From a virus (lineage: Duplodnaviria > Caudoviricetes), in the IMG/VR virus record IMGVR_UViG_3300038829_000181, positions 1-41,508 of that record: 41,508 nucleotides of DNA. One strand, 5' to 3'. Shown one piece after another: positions 8,130-16,175 of the stretch. The notes under the pieces are model-generated. The model saw only the letters and a program-made list of their open reading frames with translations. It ran no database searches and was not told the origin of the DNA. Within the stretch, counting starts at the first letter, position 1. Each line of letters starts with the position of its first letter. Both the position numbers and the translations under genes were made by a program.

Positions 8130-8774
8130 ATGGGTACAACTCTTGCGGCGTTGATCGCTGAATTACAAAGTGAAGTTCCTGCGGTGAATTCCGTGCCTAC
8201 GGTGGCGCAATATACGCAGGCGATCAAGGATGCGGTGGCTGAGTTTTCGCGGCGCTGTGGGTTGATGAAGATTGCGGAGTTGTCCATTATCTCTGGCACT
8301 GCGGCATATAACCTGCCCGCTGATTTTTTGAAGTTGATCATGCTGGAAAGCCCGTCGGGAGCGGATGGAGTGATTATCTCGAATACGGGAATCATTCCAC
8401 TTTCGGCGGAATGGGAAGAGACACACCAGATCATAAATAAGATTATTACTTTTTTCCCGACGCCAGGCTATAGCATGACGCGCGAGTATCGTTATAAATC
8501 CGCGTGGGCGTTGACTGGCTCCAGCGGAAGCGAGACATACGCCGATATGGGCGACGATGAGGCGCAGATCGTGATGATCAAAGCGAAGGGATTTGCCAAA
8601 GAAAAACTGGCAAATGCACTGGCTTCAGGCGGTGGTATGAAATACAGCCTGGGCGCGGTGAGCGTGGATAAAGGCTCTGGCGCGGAAACCTTGACTTCTG
8701 ATATGTACGCTTTGCATGGTCAATTTGTGGATGCGTGCGAGCGCTATAACGGCGCGGTGTTGGGAATTAGTTAG
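8130..8774 (+). CDS. Putative head-tail adaptor
   Basis: Position after the capsid gene, YNLPADFL motif, AGGAG RBS. Confidence 0.6.
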   Translation: MGTTLAALIAELQSEVPAVNSVPTVAQYTQAIKDAVAEFSRRCGLMKIAELSIISGTAAYNLPADFLKLIMLESPSGADGVIISNTGIIPLSAEWEETHQIINKIITFFPTPGYSMTREYRYKSAWALTGSSGSETYADMGDDEAQIVMIKAKGFAKEKLANALASGGGMKYSLGAVSVDKGSGAETLTSDMYALHGQFVDACERYNGAVLGIS

Positions 8775-8807
8775 CCCTCACCCTAGCCCTCTCCCGTTGG
8801 AGAGGGG
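8775..8807. repeat. REP-like palindrome
   Basis: CCCTCACCCTAGCCCTCTCC-cgtt-GGAGAGGG, intergenic. Confidence 0.55.
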
Positions 8808-8818
8808 ATGGAGATGGA

Positions 8819-9136
8819 ATGGCATTTGATTGGACGCAGGCTCAAAAGGATATGCGGGCGATCCGCGCGGATAACGAGGTTTCGGTTGCGCTGAGGCGCG
8901 ATGCGACCACGTTAACGGCTCAACTCATGCGGATCGAATATGCAGGCGTGCGCGGGTTCCGTTTGCAATCTGATGCGGCTCGACAGGCAAACCAGGCTGT
9001 ATTTATTTTGGGCGAGCCTGATATGAATGTGGCGCTCGATGACCGCTTGACATACGGCGGTATTTTGTTCAAGGTCATTTTTATCCAGCCGAATAGACTG
9101 GCTTGCACGATTGCCGAGGCGGTGGCAATTGAATAG
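8819..9136 (+). CDS. Putative head closure protein
   Basis: Size (105 aa), beta-rich DDRLTYGG.LFKV pattern, synteny. Confidence 0.55.
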   Translation: MAFDWTQAQKDMRAIRADNEVSVALRRDATTLTAQLMRIEYAGVRGFRLQSDAARQANQAVFILGEPDMNVALDDRLTYGGILFKVIFIQPNRLACTIAEAVAIE

Positions 9137-9563
9137 TGGTTTTCAATGGGTAGTTGCTCCAAGCCAGCAGTTGATGCCTGCGATTGAGAAATACGGGCGC
9201 GATGTGCTGGTGGCTGTTCAGGCGGTGGCGAATTATTGGGGGCAGTCCATTCAGGATGAGGCGCGGCAGGAGGCGGTTTGGGAAGACCGCACAGGCAATG
9301 CGCGCGGCGGCATCTTCTTCGCGGTGGATGGATTTGGAATGAGTCCGCTGATGGGCGAGGTAACTCCCGAAGCCAAAAGTGAGATGAGCGATGTGGCAAT
9401 CGAAAGCGGCGATAAGGATACGTTGATCATCACTTTGGCGCATACGGTTTTTTATGGAAAGTTTTTGGAAACATCGAACGGTGAAACATACGCAATTATT
9501 ATGACAACTATTGAACAAAATCTGCCCGCGTTGGAACGAATGATACAGGATACGTTGAAGTGA
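9129..9563 (+). CDS. HK97 gp10-like neck/tail completion protein
   Basis: WEDRTGNAR and YGKFLE motifs. TTG start overlapping the previous stop is assumed. Confidence 0.7.
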   Translation: MNSGFQWVVAPSQQLMPAIEKYGRDVLVAVQAVANYWGQSIQDEARQEAVWEDRTGNARGGIFFAVDGFGMSPLMGEVTPEAKSEMSDVAIESGDKDTLIITLAHTVFYGKFLETSNGETYAIIMTTIEQNLPALERMIQDTLK

Positions 9564-9600
9564 TAGTCGAAGATCAAAGGTCAAAGGTCGAAGGTCAATT

Positions 9601-10887
9601 ATGCCAACATTATTAGATCGAATCAATGCGTTTATGAAGCCGCCTGTGCCTTCGGCAAGCGCCACAACTGCCGAGGGATCTGTCACCAGTTCGGCGGACG
9701 CGAGCATTGCGTTCTACGAGAAAATGAAATCAGACCGCGACCGCGCGGCGATCATCAAGACATGCCGAAAAATGTATGAGGGAGATCCGCGTGTGAAAAA
9801 GGCTTTGCGGACGTATGCCACAGATGTGGTGCGTTCTGGTTACTTCGTGAAGACCAAAGACGCGCAGGCATTGGAAGTGGCGCAGGCGTTGCAGAAGCGG
9901 CTTGGGCTGAATAAAAAGTTGCAGGATGCCACCCGCCTGACTGGGCGCGATGGTGATTCGTTCTACGAGGTGGTGGTGGATGAAAACTTAGACATCGTAA
10001 AACTGTCACGCAAACCCACCTTGCAGATGCGCCGCAACAGCAATTCGTATGATGAGTTCGATAATCCGCAAAAAGCGTTTTGGATGACGAGTGAAAATTA
10101 TATGATGGCAGAACCGCCCAGGGATGCAATCTGGTTTTCAAGCTGGCAGATCATTCATATCCGTTTCGAGCACGACGAAGAAAAACGATATGGCTCGCCG
10201 ATGTGGGCTTCGGCTACGGGCGCATTCAAACGTGTGACCGAGGGCGAGATTGATATTTCTGTGCGGCGCAAGGTGCGCGCTGGAATGATCCTGCATCACG
10301 TAGTTGAAGGTTCGCCTTCTGACGTTGAAACATACAAAGAAAAAAACAAAGCCGCAGAAGACAATCCATTTGCGGCGATCCGCAATTATTACACCAATAA
10401 GCCTGGCTCGATCTCTGCCATTCAAGGCGACGCGCACCTGAGCGAGATTGCGGATATTACCCACCACATTGAAACCATGTTTACAGCAAGCGACATCCCG
10501 ATGGAATTGGTTGCCTATGGCGGGGACCTCAACCGTGATGTGCTCGGCGAGAAAAAAGAGGAGTACGACGAAACGCTCAATGATGGGCGTGAGTGGCTGA
10601 GCGAGGAATTTTTGAAACCGTTGCTTGAATTGCAATGGCTCTTGAAAGGCATTCTGCCCGAGAACATCAAGTATGAAATTGTGTGGCGCAAGGCAAAGAA
10701 TTTGACTCCGATCATGCTGCGCGATCTGGCGGATGGACTGATGCGTTTGCGGGTGCTGGGCGTGAAGGAAGAATTGATCCAATCCCTGCTGGCTACGTTT
10801 GTGCCTGGCATTGATATTGACATCCTTGGCGGCGACGGCATGGACAGCACGGCGTTTGCAAATAACCTCAAAGGTTTGAGCATCTAA
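9601..10887 (+). CDS. Portal protein
   Basis: 428 aa with RDGDSFYEVV, QIIHIRF and YGSPM portal-like motifs. Followed by a head morphogenesis gene. Confidence 0.8.
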   Translation: MPTLLDRINAFMKPPVPSASATTAEGSVTSSADASIAFYEKMKSDRDRAAIIKTCRKMYEGDPRVKKALRTYATDVVRSGYFVKTKDAQALEVAQALQKRLGLNKKLQDATRLTGRDGDSFYEVVVDENLDIVKLSRKPTLQMRRNSNSYDEFDNPQKAFWMTSENYMMAEPPRDAIWFSSWQIIHIRFEHDEEKRYGSPMWASATGAFKRVTEGEIDISVRRKVRAGMILHHVVEGSPSDVETYKEKNKAAEDNPFAAIRNYYTNKPGSISAIQGDAHLSEIADITHHIETMFTASDIPMELVAYGGDLNRDVLGEKKEEYDETLNDGREWLSEEFLKPLLELQWLLKGILPENIKYEIVWRKAKNLTPIMLRDLADGLMRLRVLGVKEELIQSLLATFVPGIDIDILGGDGMDSTAFANNLKGLSI

Positions 10888-12035
10888 TGAAAAAGAATAA
10901 ATTGATTTCTCGTTTGGATGAAGTGGCTTTGGGCAGTTTGGACAAGGCGGCTTTCAAGGCGCTTTTGCGTTTGCAGGTTTATTTCACAGGCAGAACGCAT
11001 GAACTAATGATCGAATTCGGCAAACAGGCCCAGGCTGTGTTGTTGAGGCACGGCGATGAGGACGGTAAATTGGATGGTCTGCGCGGTTTCAAGGCGCAAA
11101 GCGATTTGCTCAAATTATGGGGCGATATGTTCAAGACCTGGCAGGATGAGTTTTTGCAGGCGCGGCGTGAGGCGGCGAGTTTGCCGTTTGGAGTGATGGC
11201 GGTGAGGCATGAGAGGCTCTTGCTTTCAGTGGTCAGCGGTCAGCAATTAGCTAAAAGCCGAACGCTGATGGCTGAATCTATTGAGGATGGGGTGTTCAAG
11301 CCGCAGATTGAAATCCTGTTGAATCAGGCGGCGGAGTGGTTGTTCGGGGATGGGATCAATCTTTCGGCGCGAATTTGGAATATCGAGAATGGGGGGCGGG
11401 ATGCGATCAATAATGTGATCATGCAGGGGATTGCAGACGGTGACAGCGCGTGGAACATTGCGAAGAAACTGGAAGAATTTTTAGGCGCGGGACAGAATTG
11501 TCCGCGCTGGACTTCGACGAGGTTATATGGACGAACGGCATCTGATAAATCCGCTGGGGATACGACTGGCTTGCTCAGTGGCAATGATTGCGATGGGAGC
11601 GGCGTTAGTTATAACGCTTTACGACTGGCACGCACGGAAATACAAAAGGCTCACGCTCTCGCTACCGATAAGCTCCTGGCGGCGCAGCCCTGGGTTGAGA
11701 AGGAACAGTGTCATCTTTCAGCGGCGCATCCTGAGACGGATGAATGTGATGACGTGATTTCCAATGGAGAGGATGGCCAGGGCATTTATCCCGTGGGGAC
11801 AATTGAGTACCCCCTGCACCCGCACTGTTTTTGCTACAAGACGGCTGTGCTGATGGATGAAAAACTTTTCACGAGTCAGTTGAATGGCTGGCTGAACGGC
11901 GAGAGTTTCCCTGAGATGGATGAATATAAATCCATGATCGGCGGGGATGTGAATATATCCCTGATGAGCGATGCGTTCAGCTTGGCGGTCTGGTTGTTTG
12001 GCGATGAAGCCGAGTTGAAAGGATTGTTGCAATGA
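10887..12035 (+). CDS. Head morphogenesis protein (SPP1 gp7/MuF-like)
   Basis: NLSARIW, YNALRLARTE and PLHPHCFC motifs. Confidence 0.85.
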   Translation: MKKNKLISRLDEVALGSLDKAAFKALLRLQVYFTGRTHELMIEFGKQAQAVLLRHGDEDGKLDGLRGFKAQSDLLKLWGDMFKTWQDEFLQARREAASLPFGVMAVRHERLLLSVVSGQQLAKSRTLMAESIEDGVFKPQIEILLNQAAEWLFGDGINLSARIWNIENGGRDAINNVIMQGIADGDSAWNIAKKLEEFLGAGQNCPRWTSTRLYGRTASDKSAGDTTGLLSGNDCDGSGVSYNALRLARTEIQKAHALATDKLLAAQPWVEKEQCHLSAAHPETDECDDVISNGEDGQGIYPVGTIEYPLHPHCFCYKTAVLMDEKLFTSQLNGWLNGESFPEMDEYKSMIGGDVNISLMSDAFSLAVWLFGDEAELKGLLQ

Positions 12036-12445
12036 CATTATCCAGCGACCTAAAAGCGGTTTTGCAGGCAGATACGGCATTGATGGCTTTGTTGACAGGC
12101 GGGGTATTCATCGATGTGGAAGAAATATCTTTGCAGAAGACGGCGGCGGCATTTGACAGCAATAAAGAGATCAAGCCCTGCGCGTTGATCAAAATCCCGA
12201 ATGAGGTTCCCACTGGACCGTACCTGACAAGTGTGAGGAGCGCGTTTGTGATCTATGTGTACCAGCGTTCGGGGTATGACGTGATCTCGGCGGCAATCGT
12301 AAAAATATTCGCTGACTTGAACGAGCAGAGAATTGGAACAAATGTTTGGAATATCGAGTTCGTTTCGACAGTGCATCAACAGCGTGACCAGGCTTTGGAT
12401 TGTCCGCTTGGCTCGCTGCGATTTTCAGCAGTCCGCAAATTATAG
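12032..12445 (+). CDS. Putative tail terminator
   Basis: LQADTALMALL..GVF N-terminus, located directly before the tail tube gene. Confidence 0.65.
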   Translation: MTLSSDLKAVLQADTALMALLTGGVFIDVEEISLQKTAAAFDSNKEIKPCALIKIPNEVPTGPYLTSVRSAFVIYVYQRSGYDVISAAIVKIFADLNEQRIGTNVWNIEFVSTVHQQRDQALDCPLGSLRFSAVRKL

Positions 12446-12459
12446 ACAAGGAGAAAAAT

Positions 12460-13293
12460 ATGACAACTGGTATAGATGGCAAGCCGTTTGGTCTCAAAGA
12501 GATCGTGGTGGTTTCCTACGACGGCGTGACTGCAATTTCATTGCCCGCAGCTTTGGAATTGGAGTTTGAGGAAACCGTGGTGAGCGGTGAGTTTTTCGGC
12601 AATGATGAATTGCAGGGACTCGTCACCCAGCCTCTGGGCGTGAAGGGCAAGTTCAAGAGCGGCGGTATTCCGCTGAACGCCTATGCCCTGATGACGGGTC
12701 ACACGTATGGCGTTTCTGGTTCCACGCCAAACGAAGTGGCGACATTGCAGGGCAATTCACCCACCTTCCCGTATTTCAAGGTGTACGGCAAGAGCCTGGG
12801 CGATGTGGGTGATGACATTCATGTCAAACTTATGAAGATCAAATTGACTGGCTCCCCGAAGGGATCATTCAAGCGCGGCGAGTTCTTCATGCTTGAAGCC
12901 GAATTCCAGGGCGTGAAAGTTTCTGGCAAGGCGTATGACCTGGTGGCCAACGAAACCACAACCGCTCTGCCTGGTGCGACCGCTTCAGCTCCCGCGTTCA
13001 CACTTTCCAGCAGCCCCGCAGATGCGGCGGTTGGTGTGGTGATCTCTGCCAATGTGGTACTCACCTTCAGCAATGCGCTTCGCGTTGGCGCTGAGGATGC
13101 AATCATGTTGACGACCGCGGCGGGCGTGCCCGTGGCGGTTGCCCGCACGATCGATGCGGCCCGCAAGGTGGTGACGCTTGACCCAACCAGCAATATGAGC
13201 GCGTTGACAGCGCACTTGATCATCGTGCCTGGTGTGGTGGATGTATTCGGCCAGGCTTTGGCTAATACGGTAAGAGATTTTACAACTGCATAA
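12460..13293 (+). CDS. Major tail tube protein with C-terminal Ig-like domain
   Basis: FGLK N-terminal motif, C-terminal SSPAD..V...V.LTFS...DFTT (Big_5-like), AAGGAG RBS. Confidence 0.8.
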   Translation: MTTGIDGKPFGLKEIVVVSYDGVTAISLPAALELEFEETVVSGEFFGNDELQGLVTQPLGVKGKFKSGGIPLNAYALMTGHTYGVSGSTPNEVATLQGNSPTFPYFKVYGKSLGDVGDDIHVKLMKIKLTGSPKGSFKRGEFFMLEAEFQGVKVSGKAYDLVANETTTALPGATASAPAFTLSSSPADAAVGVVISANVVLTFSNALRVGAEDAIMLTTAAGVPVAVARTIDAARKVVTLDPTSNMSALTAHLIIVPGVVDVFGQALANTVRDFTTA

Positions 13294-13354
13294 GAAAGGA
13301 TGAATGATGAAGGATGAAGGATGAATTCCTTTGTCCTTCATCATGGTTACGATT

Positions 13355-13804
13355 ATGGAAAATAAAAATCAGAATTTGATTGATTCGAATGATGCAAAGC
13401 GGATGAACCTGGCGCAATGGCGGGCTTCGCGTTTGCATGAGTTGACCCTGCCCAGCGGACTTTCCGCCACGGTGCGCGATGTGACCATGACCGATTTGCT
13501 GTTGACTGGCAAACTGCCCGCTTCGTTCGTGGAGATGGCTGATGAGGCGGCGAAGAGCGGCGCGGCTGGACTGGACCTGAAACAGCTTGCCCAGAACGGC
13601 GCGGAGTTCAAAACGATGCTGGATGCGCTGGTAACTCTGGCGCTGGTTTCGCCAGAACTCGCTACAGCGGCAGATGATGAGCATATTACGCTGGATGAAT
13701 TTCCCAACGATGACAAGATGGCGATCTTCAATTTTGTCAATCGGGAGGTGACGGCTTTGCAGTCCTTTCGTGATGGACAAAACAAACCTGTGGCGGTTGT
13801 ATAA
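13355..13804 (+). CDS. Tail assembly chaperone (G-like)
   Basis: LPSG motif, located between tail tube and TMP. Confidence 0.7.
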   Translation: MENKNQNLIDSNDAKRMNLAQWRASRLHELTLPSGLSATVRDVTMTDLLLTGKLPASFVEMADEAAKSGAAGLDLKQLAQNGAEFKTMLDALVTLALVSPELATAADDEHITLDEFPNDDKMAIFNFVNREVTALQSFRDGQNKPVAVV

Positions 13805-14039
13805 CTCTGCGACTGCCTATGGAAAACGCCCGAGCGATTATTTTCATTTCGAGACCGAGATCGCGGCATGGGCTTTGGATGAAGCCTGTTTGATGACTGG
13901 CAGGAAGTTCGAGAATTTGTTGAATGAAGGGAAAAATCCTTTCAGTGATCAGTTATCAGTGAGCAGTAAACAGGGTTATGCGCCTGTGGCAAAGGGCAAT
14001 ATCAAGAAGGTCAAGATCAATGCAAATGGAACATGGTGA
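13770..14039 (+). CDS. Tail chaperone T-like ORF, probably reached by frameshift
   Basis: Overlaps the end of G in the +1 frame and ends just before the TMP. Confidence 0.6.
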   Translation: MMDKTNLWRLYNSATAYGKRPSDYFHFETEIAAWALDEACLMTGRKFENLLNEGKNPFSDQLSVSSKQGYAPVAKGNIKKVKINANGTW

Positions 14040-14046
14040 GTAAACT

Positions 14047-15789
14047 ATGGCAATCAATTTAGGAAGCGCGTATGGAAAGGTGACCATTGATTCCAGCGGG
14101 GTATCTTCTGGCGTTGATAATGCCAAGAAGAGCATGGGATCGCTGGAGAGTTCCGCTCAGAAATTGGGGGCTACACTGCAATCTGTAGGCAGGGCAATGA
14201 CCGCCGCCGTTACGATACCGATGGCTTTGATGGCAAAACAAGCGGTGATGACAGCATCAGCCTATGAAGAAAGCCTGAATAAAATGAATGTAGTGTTTGG
14301 GGAAAATTCGGATGTCATCAAAAAATGGTCGTTCGATGCCGCGAGAAATTTGGGTATGTCGCAACAGCAGGCGCTTGAGGCGGCGGCGACATTTGGAAAC
14401 CTGTTTACATCGATGGGGCTTGGCAGATCGGCTTCAGCGGATATGTCCACAGGTTTGGTGCAATTGGCGGCTGACTTGGCTTCGTTCAATAATCTTGATC
14501 CCGCTTTGGTATTGGAAAAATTACGCTCTGGTTTGGTGGGCGAGGTTGAACCTCTGCGGACATTGGGCATCAATCTCACGATGGCCGCCACAAAAGAAAA
14601 AGCGTTTGAAATGGGGCTGGCAGATGCGAACGGTGAATTATCACAATCTGCATTATTGCAGGCGCGCTATGCCTTGATGCTCGAGCAATCCACCAATGCG
14701 CAGGGAGATTTTGCACGGACATCTGAAGGACTGGCAAATCAGTTGAGAATATTGAAAGGCAACTGGGGCGATACCTTGAAGATATTAGGTGAAAATCTTT
14801 TGCCGATTGTGAATAAAGTTCTAATTAAATTGAATGAATGGCTGGAATGGTTCAATAAGGCTGATCCAAAAACTCAAAAATTCATTTCAACGCTTTTATT
14901 GATCGCATTTGTGGCTGGCCCGTTGTTGATCATCTTCGGAAAACTTTTGCCTTTGGCATTCAGCGGAGCAACACAAAGCCTCAATCCGTTTTCAGGCGGC
15001 ATCTTTGGGTTGATCGGAACATTTGTGAAATGGTTTGGTGTGGCGGCAATGATCGTAAAAGTTTTGACCGCACTGGGAATTGCAACTGGGCCTATTGGCG
15101 CGGGTATTCTCGCAGTACAGGCGGCCATTGCAGGCGTTGGGGCTTCCATTGCGGCGGTGGCTCTGCCTATTTTGTTGATCATTGGCACGCTTGTTCTACT
15201 TTACCTGGCCTTCAAAAATAATTTTATGGGCATTACTGATACCGCGAAACAATTGTGGTTCATCATCAAGTTCTATTTCTCAGAGGGGTGGAAGTGGCTC
15301 TCTCAATCTGCACAACGCGGGTTGACTGAATTGATGGATTGGTTCCAGAGAACTGCCGAAATAATCATGGAGACATTTAAAAACATTGACTGGAGTCAGG
15401 TTGGTATGTACATCATGAGCGGCCTGGCAAACGGTATCCTCAGCGGTATATCCATGCTGGTAGAGGCCGCCCGCCGAGCGGCGGAAGCGGCGCTGGATGC
15501 CATCAAGGACGCTCTTGGTATTGCCTCCGATAGCAAGGAGGCGATCAAGTTAGGTAAATTTACTTATGGCGGGTTTGCAAGCGGAATCGAGCAAATGGCG
15601 CGGACGAAAAACCAGAATATGATCGCCTCCGCATTTACAAAACCATTGACGAATGCCACGCCCAGCCAACAGCAAAACATAACCATGCAGTTTGCCAGCG
15701 GCCTCACGCTGCGCCAGGTGGAACAGACGCTGGCGGCCAATAACGAAATGCTCATGAAGCGGCTCAACCGCGCTCTGGGAGGCGCATAA
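14047..15789 (+). CDS. Tape measure protein
   Basis: Ala/Gly-rich helical protein with LAADLASF, GEVEPLRTLG and ALGIAS.S motifs and hydrophobic segments. Confidence 0.9.
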   Translation: MAINLGSAYGKVTIDSSGVSSGVDNAKKSMGSLESSAQKLGATLQSVGRAMTAAVTIPMALMAKQAVMTASAYEESLNKMNVVFGENSDVIKKWSFDAARNLGMSQQQALEAAATFGNLFTSMGLGRSASADMSTGLVQLAADLASFNNLDPALVLEKLRSGLVGEVEPLRTLGINLTMAATKEKAFEMGLADANGELSQSALLQARYALMLEQSTNAQGDFARTSEGLANQLRILKGNWGDTLKILGENLLPIVNKVLIKLNEWLEWFNKADPKTQKFISTLLLIAFVAGPLLIIFGKLLPLAFSGATQSLNPFSGGIFGLIGTFVKWFGVAAMIVKVLTALGIATGPIGAGILAVQAAIAGVGASIAAVALPILLIIGTLVLLYLAFKNNFMGITDTAKQLWFIIKFYFSEGWKWLSQSAQRGLTELMDWFQRTAEIIMETFKNIDWSQVGMYIMSGLANGILSGISMLVEAARRAAEAALDAIKDALGIASDSKEAIKLGKFTYGGFASGIEQMARTKNQNMIASAFTKPLTNATPSQQQNITMQFASGLTLRQVEQTLAANNEMLMKRLNRALGGA

Positions 15790-16175
15790 TGGCCAGTAAT
15801 TTCAAGATCGGCGTCACCTCAGGCGGCATCACCAGCCTGGATGCTCTGACGACTGCCTGCCCTGACCCTCAGCAATCATTCAATCAATTCAGGCGCAAGG
15901 ATCGGCTGGGCGATATGACCATGAAGGGTAGGGGACCGCAAACCATTGTATGGATATTCCCCCTGCTGGAAGTGGAACAGATCGCGCAACTGGAAACTTT
16001 CCAGAGCGATTACCTCCTCTATATTCAATCGCCAAAGCGGGATGATTCGTTGGGCGTGTTTGAAGTCCTTATGGTTTGGAATGATCCCCGCGAAGACGGC
16101 GAACACATGAACGGTTTTCGCGGGCATCGCGGAAATTTATCCATTGAATTTATCGTGATCAGCGAGGTGGTTTAA
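15789..16175 (+). CDS. Putative distal tail protein
   Basis: Immediately after the TMP and translationally coupled to it. Confidence 0.55.
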   Translation: MASNFKIGVTSGGITSLDALTTACPDPQQSFNQFRRKDRLGDMTMKGRGPQTIVWIFPLLEVEQIAQLETFQSDYLLYIQSPKRDDSLGVFEVLMVWNDPREDGEHMNGFRGHRGNLSIEFIVISEVV

